A stretch of 63,020 nt of DNA, filler included, from Octopus bimaculoides (GCF_001194135.2; 5 parts of 5 records of this genome joined end to end with filler, not necessarily neighbours in it), one strand, 5' to 3'. Numbered from the whole stretch's first letter, positions 13,689 to 25,994 are shown. The notes: generated by a model not told the origin, from the sequence alone. Translations and numbers: made by a program.

Positions 13689-13820
13689 ATATATATATAC
13701 AAGATGCTGCCGCACAGTTTCCGTTTTTAGAATGCCATTCAGAAATCGAAATTATAGTAGAAAACGATGTTCAAGATGCCATACAGTGGGATCGAACCGG
13801 GTGCTACGTGATTGTGAATG

Positions 13821-14009
13821 AATTATTTCATTACACAGCCACGTAAATGCTGGTCGCAACATCTGTATGATATCTTGTGTGTTTAAACAGCAAATTTACA
13901 AGGTAAAAATAATCGTATCGATGGCTTTTTTTCTTTCTTTTTCTTTTTCTGCTATCACTCTTAGTCATTATGTCTAATAGTTTCTGTCTACCCCTCCATT
14001 TTAACTGCA
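13821..14009. repeat. Local ~185-bp duplication, copy 1 (copy 2 at 15404-15584)
   Basis: First 77 nt have 6 mismatches to the second copy; similarity continues with indels. Confidence 0.9.
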
Positions 14010-15403
14010 ATTTCATTTATCGTATTTGCAACTAAAACTCATGCAGGAAACCTTGATATTTATCTTGCTTGACTTACGACGGATGCTACGGTGACTTTGA
14101 TTCTCATTATCATGGCACTTCCCGTCCTAAATGACAGTAATGTCAGTCGTAAACACTATTTTCCATTAATAAAAGATTCTAAAATTCTCTGATCTAGTAA
14201 AATGTCTAAATATACAGCTTATCTCTCAGAAGGCTGTACTTGAACTCTGAGAGACCATTTCGGTTAGATACACAAAATCTTCCTACAACACAAGGAATAC
14301 TAACTGTGGAATCTTTATCTTTCTTATGTCAATACAAATCTCTATTGGAAATTTACAATCACTAACCAATGCATTGCATTGCGTCATTCCTTCAGTTATA
14401 TTTATTTTTGAGACGTAAATCTTTCCAATATGCCAAAGCCGAAGCCAAAATCGATAAAAATAATAACGAAATTCTATCATGGCAGCTCTAGCTTAGTTAA
14501 CTGATACAGCATAACTGAACAATTGGTTGTAACTAATCTTTACTCCCATGCTTACGATTCCGCCATTACGTCTCGTCGTCTACGTATAACCTAAACATCA
14601 CATATCTGACATGTCCTTATTTGCATGGGGAACCAACAACGAAAACGTGTGACCACTCACCCAGTTAGAAATAATAGCCAAATTTCTCTTAAACTGTACT
14701 TTGTCAATGTTGTGTAATTCACGGGGACTCTATTCTCGGGTGAGATTGCCATGATTGGAGTGTTCTTGATTATAGCTTTGCACAATCAAAATTGACCTAG
14801 AACTAAACAAAAACAATAACAACAATATTAGATTCTTTGTTCAAAGACATTAAAAATTCTCGAATGGGAATATGGTAGATTTGTTAGTCTAAGCTAACCT
14901 GAGATTAAACAGATCTTATGATCAAAAATGTTCAGCTGTAACAACCCTATCATTATTCCAGACATTGAGTAAATAGTACACACAATATATAAATACATAA
15001 GATACGAAAGTTGCGGTTCAAATCATCATTGAAGCAAAAAAAAAAAAAAAATATCGAAGTCGAACACCTCTAACGAATGACGGATTCAAGTTCCAATCGA
15101 CCATCCGTCTTCTATTGTTGATACGAATCTTGCTCGATTTAGGAGGGACACATAAGAACAGAAGTATTTTCATTCATTGCTGTATGAATAACAATACCTA
15201 GATGTTAGATTATGATTTCTTCAAGTACGCGAAACACAATATAAAAGACACTGGGATTTCAATGTTGTATACGATAGATGGACCACCCAGGTTTTTCTAC
15301 AACAAACTAACAGTAAGCAACGACACCAGCAGTAGCGGTTGTAGCAACAAAGATTTTGAAAATTAGATGCTGCAGCAGCAATAACAGCTCTAGAAGTCTC
15401 ACC

Positions 15404-15584
15404 AATTATTTCATTACACAACCACGTAAATGCTCATCGCGACATCTGTATGATCTCTTGAGTGTTTAAACAGCAAATTTTAAAAGGTAAAATCGTATCG
15501 ATGTCTTTATTCTTTCGTTTTATCTTTATTCTATCACCCTTATTCATTATCTCTAATAATTTTATCTCCGAGCTGCCACTGCAA
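15404..15584. repeat. Local ~185-bp duplication, copy 2
   Basis: Direct repeat of 13821-14009. Confidence 0.9.
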
Positions 15585-15960
15585 CTCGTAAAAAACATTA
15601 GTGGGGTTGCTACTTCAGAAAATTTTTAGCCGTTGTTTTAGTATTGTGTAAAAAGAAACAAAGATATAAAAAGAAAATTTATACAGAAACTTAATCGGTT
15701 CGCATTTTAGCCACTGCCGGGTAGTGTGTTTAATTTGTTCACTTAATAACACCGCGAATTCCCCCTTGATTTTCAAAAATTCCCCCTAAATCACAAAATA
15801 AGGAGGGGATGTGACCTATTTTTCAAATCCTGGCAGCAACACTGAAGCTGGAAGCAGTATAATAATCTAATTCTACACTTTATCACATTCAAGAATATAA
15901 ACATGTTTTTAAGCACAACACACGAGGTGTCAAAAAGAAACACTACTTTTCACCAGCACA

Positions 15961-16113
15961 CCAGGGTCGGCACTGCATGTACGACAGTGCTCTCGCTCCC
16001 TCGCGTGCAGCTTCCTATATCGGACATGTGAGCATGCGCACAACAGCCAAACACCGCGTCGCTGGAACTGTGAAGCGCACAGTTTTATACAGTAAGAAGC
16101 TAACAAGGTAAGG
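15961..16113 (+). promoter_or_regulatory. Candidate promoter / first-exon patch
   Basis: About 59% GC and CpG-rich over 15961-16080 in an AT-rich background. NRF1-like TGAGCATGCGCA at 16029-16040 and a strong donor AAG|GTAAGG at 16107/16108. Confidence 0.3.
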
Positions 16114-16273
16114 ACCAGAGTATTTAGCTTTGAATGAAGAGAAATCCATTCCACTATCTCTGTGTTTTGTGCCTTATGTAGAATGATGACATCGTCTTCA
16201 TCAACAACGTTTATGCATTGAGGAACGCTGTTTAACAGATAGAAGAAAGGCTGTACTTTTGGCTTTAAAGATA

Positions 16274-16323
<50 letters not shown>

Positions 16324-18258
16324 ATGTCTGTCTGTCTTTCTATCTGCTGTATCTAATGTGTGCAAACAGATGTATGACAGCTGTTTTTAAGTATAAAGCT
16401 GCAGGTACATTATCATTGTCCAGTCTGCTCCCAGTACAGTGATTAAGCAACTACTCTACTACTATAGCATTACCAGCTATGATATGCAAAATAAATGTGG
16501 TGGGAAATTACAATAAACAAGTTTATGTTACTAATTCCTACGTACGTTTCACAATAGCAAAATGTACGCAGAAGCTATCGTGAAACGTACGTAAGAACGT
16601 TTCTTCTTACACTGTATTGGATGTTCTGAGTGCAACTGGATGCTTAACAGCAACAAATATCGGAAAACACTTTTTTGCATTATTTTAAAGCAAACTAATG
16701 CCTAGAGGGAAAGGCGAGGCATTTATAAATATTGTCAGAGGGAAGTAGAAAGAAAGCGCCCACACATTTCCAAACGTTCGTACATAAATGCATACACATG
16801 CAAACATGTACAGAGAAACATTAAATACATACATATGCACCCATGTATATCCATCCATACACATATACATATATATACCCAGACAGACAACTAAATACAC
16901 AGACAGATACACAGTACCACATATACAGTACCACTGGCAGACAGCAAGATAGAAAGACCAATTAATACGTACTGAATTATATACAGGGAATTATTAGGAA
17001 CAGTTACTGCTTTCTTTAACTCAATTAAAATAGATAATTCCACCTCATTTTCTTCAGCTGCGTATTTGAAGATTCGTATCTGACTTCGCAATCTAAAAGA
17101 AAAAGAAATTAAGAGAAAATGCGAACAAACCGTACATTTAATTGATGTTAACTTATCTATTATGCGTTACGTTCATACATTAAGACTGAAATATTTCTTG
17201 ATAACCAGATTCTCTAGCCACAATATTATGACGCAGGAGCTATATACAACATAGGGTTGTGGGAGAGAAAAAAGAAGCAAAACGAAATTAGAAAGTATTA
17301 GAGGGAAAGAGGTAGAGCGACAAATATATATAGATAGAAAGCTGTATAGCGATGAAGAGATTGAGAAGGAGAGAGAGAGGGGCGTCAGGAAAAATTGGCG
17401 TGTTTATAAGGGCTTATGTTTGGCTAAACTCATTAGGATGGAAAATATAGTTGGTACTTTTGTTTTCATTATCTTATGACGGAAGTGATGTAATTAAGAA
17501 AGGCAAATGAAGGGAGGGGAAAAGATAAGGAAAGAAAAGAAACGAAGGGGGTATACACTAACCCCTGATAAGTAAATATGTATGTGATTGTGAATTTTTG
17601 CTCCTATTTTTTAAATTTTTGTCAATATACAGGCAAGCACTTACGAACACGTAGACATACATACACATACATCCATGTGCGGTTACCCCTCGGTTTACAC
17701 GGTATTCAATTTATACGGTTTAATTTTATTGTGGCTTTGGTTTTGGGCGATATTATTATAGAAACATCACATCGTTCATTTTCATTCTAACATTGAAGTT
17801 GCAAACGCTCTTTAAATGTTCAAAAATAAGAATTGTTTGTTTTTTTCTTTCTTTAATCGTACTAAATACTTTTCAGGCCGAATAAACAGTGTATCTGAAA
17901 GGGAATATTAATATATGAAAGCAAATTCAAATTGGAAAGATTTCAAAAGGTTAATAATAGTTTCAAATTTTAGCAAAATGCCAGAAGTTTTGTGGTGGTG
18001 GGTATAAGACCCGTGCTCAACTGGGACTTATTTCAACGACTCAGAAAAGATCAGAGGAAGAGCTAACTTTGGCAGAACTTGACTCAAACCGTAAAGGCAG
18101 ACGAAATGCCGCTAAGCATTTTATCCGGCGCAGTAACGTTTCTGCTAGCTCGCAGCCTTACGTAACATGTATGTTGTAACATTTTGGAAGCAATGGATGA
18201 AACTATTATTTTGGATAGAAGATAAAATTCCTTTCACATTACCTCTCTCCCTCTCCTC

Positions 18259-18295
<37 letters not shown>

Positions 18296-18947
18296 GTTGA
18301 AGAAGTTTAGTCGAACGAATCGACTCCAGTATGTAAAGACTGGTATTTATTCTATCGGTCATTATTGCCGAACTACTAGGTTACGGGGACGTAAAAACAC
18401 AAACACCGCATAAACGCACGCACACACACATGCACACNNNNNNNNNNNNNNNNNNNNNNNNNNNNNNNNNNNNNNNNNNNNNNNNNNNNNNNNNNNNNNN
18501 NNNNNNNNNNNNNNNNNNNNNNNNNNNNNNNNNNNNNNNNNNNNNNNNNNNNNNNNNNNNNNNNNNNNNNNNNNNNNNNNNNNNNNNNNNNNNNNNNNNN
18601 NNNNNNNNNNNNNNNNNNNNNNNNNNNNNNNNNNNNNNNNNNNNNNNNNNNNNNNNNNNNNNNNNNNNNNNNNNNNNNNNNNNNNNNNNNNNNNNNNNNN
18701 NNNNNNNNNNNNNNNNNNNNNNNNNNNNNNNNNNNNNNNNNNNNNNNNNNNNNNNNNNNNNNNNNNNNNNNNNNNNNNNNNNNNNNNNNNNNNNNNNNNN
18801 NNNNNNNNNNNNNNNNNNNNNNNNNNNNNNNNNNNNNNNNNNNNNNNNNNNNNNNNNNNNNNNNNNNNNNNNNNNNNNNNNNNNNNNNNNNNNNNNNNNN
18901 NNNNNNNNNNNNNNNNNNNNNNNNNNNNNNNNNNNNNNNNNNNNNNN

Positions 18948-18978
<31 letters not shown>

Positions 18979-19650
18979 CATAAATTTATAAATAAATCTA
19001 AATGCACAACGTATACACACATGTATACGCAGATGCGAATATGGGAAAATTTAGGAAATTTAGGATGTATTACACTCTGCTACATGTAAGGAAAAGAGAA
19101 CTCAGTAAACTTGGAAATAAATATTTATTGTCAGAATTGAAAGATTTAATCCCACACACCGGCCAAATGTTTTATACCGAATAAGCTCAAAGCTTCCCGT
19201 TATGTGATGAAGCAGCTGTTCACTGCGAGCGATTGATTCATTGAATACCCTGCAAAAGAATATTTATACACGGAGAACGAAATGTGTGTCTGTATGCACG
19301 TGTTTATATTCAAACACCGACAAAAATAATGTAATTCGTTCTCTGATCTCGAAATTTCCAAACATACTAGGACAGAGACGTAGAGTTTATACACGCTAGA
19401 CTTAAAAGAGTACAAATGTTGGTTATAACATCGCTTGAAGAGAAAGGTTAGATAAGTTCTACGACCACATGTTTAAGCGTACTCATTACTCATTACATTG
19501 GAATATATATATATATATATATGAGGGCATTATTATGCATGAATGTCTCACGCTAAGAGGGACTCTAAGGTCAAACTACCATAATAAACACATTTTTACC
19601 GAACGCGAGGAAATGCAACTCTCAAAGGTAGCCTCTTAAAAACAGACTAA

Positions 19651-19712
19651 ACTATGGATCGACGATTTCGCAGTTATTACAGCAATATGTAAACTCTGCT
19701 CATCAGTATAGT
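19651..19712 (-). ncRNA. Type I hammerhead ribozyme motif, family B
   Basis: Minus strand ACUAUA-CUGAUGA-GCAG..CUGC-GAAA-UCGUCGA-UC-CAUAGU. Canonical core with G10.1-C11.1, 3-bp stem III, AUC triplet, 5-bp stem I plus one C·A mismatch. Confidence 0.72.
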
Positions 19713-21894
19713 ATGGTCAAGACACATGAAAATAAACAAAAAAATTCAACATACCAAACGAACAGTCTATGGGAGAGCACTCATGTACTTCATTTCTAAG
19801 CTCCAAACAGAACTGGATGAGTCAATAAATCTCAAACTATCATTAGGCCTACAATAGTACCCGGTGAGGACTGCACCCGCCCTTGATGTAGCACGGTTTA
19901 GTCAATATCTGCTCGCCTTTAAACCCACGGACAAGTTTAACACCACTATCCAGCCTTGAAGTTTAGAGACAAATAGAATGAATCCAATAAAATAACTTGA
20001 AAGATTAGCGGTAGGTGCCTTTAATACTACAATCAATTACGCAATTTTAGTCTCTCCGTTCAGGAGAAGCAATGTATTCAGAATTAGCAAACGATATCCT
20101 TCATCAAAAAAATTCATAGTGATTTTCAATAGACAATCATATTTCTTGGATCAGTCCTAACAGACTAACTAGGAAAATAATGTCAGCGAAAATCACAGAA
20201 TCGATTCAGTTATAAAAGGAAGTGGATAATCTTGAACGAGTTATCACCTCATATCCCTAGTAACGCCTACATATTCTAGTGGCGCATTGCAGTAAATTTC
20301 ACGTGCAACCAGTAACAAGACGTTACATGAATTGTGAAATTGGAAGCAAGCTTAACACCGACCACTAATAACGATCCAAATTTCAAGCCGAAAGCGACTA
20401 AAGCTACACCATGAAATCACGATAGATGGCTGTACATGTCACCGACTGCTCATCTTCGGATATAAACGGTGTATAATGTGCTAAGTGCTCTTCTGTTTCA
20501 TTCGTACCCACACACATATTCACAATATGCGTGTTTGCTTGACTGTGTGTGTTATTGTGTATGTGTTGGTTGGTGTGTGTGTGTGCTGGTGTGTGTGTGT
20601 GTGTTTATTTACATTCTGAAACAGGCATTTTGGCATACTCAAAATGCCAGAGCAGTGTGCATTACATTTTTAAAGAACAGCAGCAACAACAAATATTTAT
20701 ATATACGTATGTATGTATGTATGTATATATGTATGTATATATGTATGTATGTATATATGCATATATGTATGTAATGTATGTATACTTACATGTATGCTCA
20801 TACATACAAACGCATATATGGATGTGTGTTTGTATATGTATGTGAGTGTACGCATATACACTTCTGCACCACGTAAACATCCTTCCTGTCTTAATTAACA
20901 GGTGTTGCAAAAAAGGTAAGTTTTAAAAACAGCACAAGCAACGAGTAATTCACTCTGGGCACGAACACGGGCAGCAAAGTTCACCTTTCAGACAGGTCGT
21001 TAATTATTCTTCTAAATCTGTTGTACTAAATGAACGAAGGAAACTGTCTACACCAACTGAGTTCATTTGCTGTAAACATGTTTCTGAAACCTCTTCACAA
21101 GTCTGAACGTGCTCAGAATTAATTCCTAGAAAATTTCTTCCTATCTCTAGTTGCATTATCCTTGCATTGTTTTTCATCGAGTATCTTATTCTTTTTCTGC
21201 ATTATTTATTTTTTTTCTATGGTTTCTTTTCCCTAATGTTGTTGCTCTTCTTGTTGTTTCGCACACCGTGTTTGTGATCGTTGTTGTTTCTCTATTATAT
21301 CTTTTCCTGTTCATTTCTTCACATTCACTCACCTTCTATGTGGATATATGTATGTATGTATAAATACGCATGTTTCTCTGTTCGCATAGATGTGTACTCG
21401 TATGTATGTTCATATATAAGTATCCATAACAACGAATGCATGTATCTCTGTGTGTATATAAGTATGTATGTAGATATTCGTGAATTCTTATAAACAAAGA
21501 GATGGTATCTAACAAAGAAAGAAAGATCGAAATGAATCTATGTATGCATATACGATGGTATGTGAGTGGCATAAATCTATGTCTATATTTGTATTTATAT
21601 ATTCACAAACATTTCTCTGTGTGCGCGTATGTAAGTAAGTAAGTAAGTATGTATGTATGTATGTATGTATGTATGTATGTATGTATGTAGGTATCGCTTA
21701 GGCATAGCGATACTAATAACGTGGTGTGAGAACACAGTGTATATATGCTAGAGATAAAAGCGTTAGTCGAGTACAGAACATAGATTATATAAATGACTAG
21801 GAAACAAGAACTTAAGTATACATAGGTACGTACGCATTATGTATCTGTGTGTGTGAGAGAGTGTGTGTGTATACATATATATGCATGTGTATGC

Positions 21895-21978
<84 letters not shown>

Positions 21979-22699
21979 ATGTATGTATGTATATATTTAT
22001 TTATACTCAGAGTGTTCGGGCTAAATTTGACGATGTCTTATGTCTCTTTCGGGAATAGCATGACGTATTAGTGAAAAGTCAATTAATGCTGTTGTGAGAA
22101 ATTCAGGAAACAATGGAGTACTGGAGGCCATCTGAATATTGGAAAACAGTTACCTCTATTATGGTGAGTCACGCCGATAACAGAATGCGGACATCTCGAC
22201 TGCAGCTCAATGACCTGTAAACAATGTAATGTCTGTAAGACCTGACTTAAACAACTGCAACGGAGACTACAAAGACTCCAGCAGGAGGAGACACAGGATC
22301 AAGGGTTGTAAGTAATTGATTGGAACCTTTCCAATCAATTACTTTCCTATCAATCAATTAATATTGATTGGGATGCAGGAGGCCAATCAATTATTGCAAT
22401 TAACTGCAATTAATTTTCAATTATTTTGCCGAACGTAAACACACCATATACTTTGGAGTGTTAGCTTCGATTTAGATAAGAGCCAAAATGATAGGCAAAA
22501 AGAAGGTTCGTCTTATAGTTTCAAAAACTTTATTATCAGAAAACGTTCAAAGTTCAATATTATTAATTTAAAATAGGGAACAGACAACATGTATACTCTA
22601 CATTGTATAGTAGTTGAAAAACAAATAAATTGAAGGTCTTTAATTGAAAGAGTTTCTCAGACGACTAGCACAATTAAAATGTTCTAATATAGCAAAAGG

Positions 22700-24159
22700 T
22701 CATGAACGATTGCAGATTTCTGAAACTAGGTCTTCATCCCAGAAAGCCAGATTCACTTTTAGAAATAATTACTTTTCTAAATTCATTGGTGTTAAGTATT
22801 GCCGAAAATCATTAATAGCGTAACCTGCTGAGCTGAAGAAACGTTTCAAGATGTTGGACGTTGGTAGCAAAAATCTACAGTTCAGATAATGCTGAGGTGA
22901 AATTTTATCTTTTTTGTGTCTTTTCAAACAAATTGAAGCAAAATCATCATCTACAGGTACATCAGACTGTTGTGACATGTCTGTTACAACTTTCAGCTGA
23001 TGTAGAGAGCAGCCACTTCATCAGCAGTTACCTCTGCTATTGATGTTGTAAATTTTTCACAACTCCACTTTCAAAATTTGGGCTGTGCACAATGGCTGCT
23101 GATAGAAGCAAATATTATTTAAACTCCTCGTAAGGATACAATGCAAGAATTTCGTCAAAAAGTATTCGAGCATCTCCCAAATCTATTTCTATTCTTTGCA
23201 AGGCGACTGTTAATGAGAGTAACTTTCCTAAATTGTCTTTTAGGGTCTGCAGATAATCAACCAGCTTTGGATCGCCTTGAAAAGATGCTAAAAACAGCTT
23301 GAGTTGGATGTACCCTTCAATTATGTCATAAGTACTGGACCAACGAGTTTTATTTCTTTGTATAGGTAGCAAAGGCGTTTTTTCCCGAAGTTTACCCGCA
23401 AGTTTTAATGATATTAGCTTGCCCATCAACAGATTAACTTTATCGAGTTTTCCTGCTTGTCGAGATAAGCAGAAACAGCTAGATTATTTTTACGAGAGGC
23501 ATATCCAATCAATGTTATTCTATACAAATTCGCTACAGCTTTGTTCACTTCAGTATTATCTCCAGTAATAGCTACAACATTTTTTCAAAATTTTTGTTAT
23601 ATACACTTAATACATACTCCATAAATTTGACAGAAGCAGTGAATGATATTTCACTTACCATTGGCGAAAATGCCCTTAAAACAGTACAATTTTTGATAAT
23701 TCCGCGAATACGACGTAAACAGTCCAATGAAATGCGTCGAAACCTTAGACCAACCGTCAATTACCAACGAAAATTTACTTAGAAGTTCATCAGATAATTT
23801 CTTTTCCACTTGTTGAGTAAGTTCTCCATCTATTTCTTTAAGGTCATATTTGTCATCTTTCCCAAGTTTGTGTACTTACGAGTCAGTTGGTCTTCAGTAA
23901 AAGAAAATGGTTTGGAACCAACACATGCACACCCAATCCAACCATAAACATTTAAGGCTGAGCGACTAACTTAACTACTTCTTGGTGAAAGAAAACTCGC
24001 TAAAGATGGCTGTCCTGTTGCTTGTGCAGTAGAATACTCTGGATGCTGGTTGTTTTTATATGATTCATAAGATCAACTGTTTTCCACACTTGCATTTCCT
24101 TACCTGTTCACTGTCTTGTTGAAATATTTTCTGACGATTTGCTCGTTTTCACGCGGCAT
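22700..24159 (-). pseudogene. hAT transposase pseudogene (multiple stops and frameshifts)
   Basis: MPRENEQIVRKYF..KCKCGKQL; KPFSFTEDQLTRKYTNL; KFSLVIDGWSKVSTHFIG; ITGDNTEVN; NKTRWSSTY; C-terminal LLPTSNILKRFFSSAG..LTPMNLEK*LFLKVNLAFW (hAT dimerisation-domain pattern). Confidence 0.88.
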
Positions 24160-24314
24160 GGGCTAGTTTAAAATAAAACATATTTCACCACAGTTTAAAA
24201 TAGAAAATATTTCGTCACTCCACTGATGAAAGTCTGATTCAGTTAATATGTTGCAGCGGAATTCACGATACAACTGCTCTGCAGGCGAAGTTACGATTTA
24301 ATGACTTGAAGACA

Positions 24315-24650
24315 AAATGTGTGAATCATTCTCCGCAGTCAGAACCAAGAATCACTCTACAACTATTGTTTGACAACATACACAATAGTCGGTTCCCAAA
24401 CACGACAGAATATGCGAATCATTCCGAGAATCATTCGCATATTCTGTCGTGTTTGCATCAACACTCGACAGCGGTTATTTGACAACATTCACAATAGCCA
24501 ATTCCCAAGCATGAAAGAATGTGTATCATTCTCGGCAGTCTGAATCAAGCATCAACACTTGACAACATACACAATAGTCAATTCATAAGCACGGCAGAAT
24601 GTGTTAATCATTCTCAGCAGTCAGAACAAAGCATCAACACAATACCTCAA
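24315..24650. repeat. Degenerate 75-95-bp tandem repeats (about 4 units) in the hAT 5' subterminal region, containing a 23-bp perfect inverted repeat
   Basis: Recurrent TTGACAACAT(A/T)CACAATAG..GAAT.TG.G.ATCATTC.C.GCAGTC.GAA. Hairpin arms at 24397-24419 and 24433-24455. Confidence 0.85.
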
Positions 24651-24864
24651 ATGATAATAGAATGCTGTATTTGCAAATTGAACGTCGAATGAAGTATGAG
24701 CCATTTGAAAACTTTTCGCTGCAATTAATTGACATAATAACAATCAATTATTTAATTGGTAGTACGACTCCAAGCAATTAATTCGACCAATATATTGCAA
24801 TTAATTTTTCATTAATTAATTTTTTACAACCTCTGCACAGGAGGTGTTCTGGCTACGACCGCAC

Positions 24865-25125
24865 TTGATGCCTTTTCCAACCGTGCCCACTCATAGTAAT
24901 CTACGGGATTATAGTTGGAAAATAAGTAGACCACATATTTAGGATAGTGAAGCCGTAGAAATTATTCGACCACTACTTCTAGCTCTTTCCAGAGATGTGA
25001 CAAGGAGCAGAATCCTGCTGCCATATATATATGGCCTTCCAGCAGCAACCATTTCCAGCCAGAAACTGACCATAGTCGCAAGCAGCTCCACGTAGCTACC
25101 TGCGTTGAACTTGAGGCTCCGTTCA
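24865..25125 (-). mobile_element. Tc1/mariner-superfamily DD37D (maT-like) transposase fragment
   Basis: SLKFNAGSYVELLATMVSFWLEMVAAGRPY/WQQDSAPCHISGK..NNFYGFT..NMW..Y.P.YNPVDYYEW. 37 codons lie between the D of QQD and the D of NPVD, allowing one 1-nt deletion. Confidence 0.8.
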
Positions 25126-25134
25126 TCAGTTGTT

Positions 25135-25172
<38 letters not shown>

Positions 25173-25189
25173 AGAATTCAAAAAAAGAA

Positions 25190-25330
25190 ACAAAAGACGA
25201 AGACAAGTGGTGTAGACAACAAACAGATGTATTAGTTTAACGTTCGGGAAGTTAAAAAGTTTATAACGTTTCGAGCCTACGCTCTTCCACAGAAAGGAAC
25301 ACAGAAAAAAGCAAGGAGAGAAAAAAAGAA
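25190..25330 (-). mobile_element. Repeat family D fragment (probable Penelope-like pseudo-LTR) with degenerate hammerhead at 25261-25296
   Basis: Homologous to 46020-46145 and 42493-42529. Minus strand CUUU-CUGUGGA-A-GAGC-GUAG-GCUC-GAAACGU-U; core A6 is replaced by U. Confidence 0.6.
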
Positions 25331-25952
25331 TTTGTATTGGCTAGCTATATATNNNNNNNNNNNNNNNNNNNNNNNNNNNNNNNNNNNNNNNNNNNNNNNN
25401 NNNNNNNNNNNNNNNNNNNNNNNNNNNNNNNNNNNNNNNNNNNNNNNNNNNNNNNNNNNNNNNNNNNNNNNNNNNNNNNNNNNNNNNNNNNNNNNNNNNN
25501 NNNNNNNNNNNNNNNNNNNNNNNNNNNNNNNNNNNNNNNNNNNNNNNNNNNNNNNNNNNNNNNNNNNNNNNNNNNNNNNNNNNNNNNNNNNNNNNNNNNN
25601 NNNNNNNNNNNNNNNNNNNNNNNNNNNNNNNNNNNNNNNNNNNNNNNNNNNNNNNNNNNNNNNNNNNNNNNNNNNNNNNNNNNNNNNNNNNNNNNNNNNN
25701 NNNNNNNNNNNNNNNNNNNNNNNNNNNNNNNNNNNNNNNNNNNNNNNNNNNNNNNNNNNNNNNNNNNNNNNNNNNNNNNNNNNNNNNNNNNNNNNNNNNN
25801 NNNNNNNNNNNNNNNNNNNNNNNNNNNNNNNNNNNNNNNNNNNNNNNNNNNNNNNNNNNNNNNNNNNNNNNNNNNNNNNNNNNNNNNNNNNNNNNNNNNN
25901 NNNNNNNNNNNNNNNNNNNNNNNNNNNNNNNNNNNNNNNNNNNNNNNNNNNN

Positions 25953-25994
<42 letters not shown>

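Larger units (their letters stand above)
22300..24835 (-). mobile_element. Full-length decayed hAT DNA transposon
   Basis: TIRs CAAGGGTTGTAA and (reverse complement) CAGAGGTTGTAA; 8-bp TSD CACAGGAT (22292-22299) / CACAGGAG (24836-24843); AATTAATT-rich subterminal regions; transposase remnant inside. Confidence 0.92.

Noticed and set aside
16891-17093. Strong minus-strand acceptor followed by LRSQIRIFKYAAEENE..
   Set aside because: No convincing donor, homology or partner exons.
22107-22163. 57-nt plus-strand exon candidate ending ATG|GTGAGT
   Set aside because: The acceptor lacks a pyrimidine tract and the peptide is unrecognisable.
22975-23035. Minus-strand CUGAUGA..CAGCU-GAAA hammerhead-like string
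   Set aside because: Three extra nucleotides before stem II, no valid stem III or stem I, and it lies inside the hAT coding sequence.
24315-24650. CRISPR-like repeat/spacer array (also considered 51330-51437)
   Set aside because: Eukaryotic context, degenerate contiguous tandem units with no unique spacers, and no cas genes.
25100-25135. Minus-strand CUGAUGA near the family D fragment
   Set aside because: No GAAA after a stem; it abuts the maT transposase reading frame.
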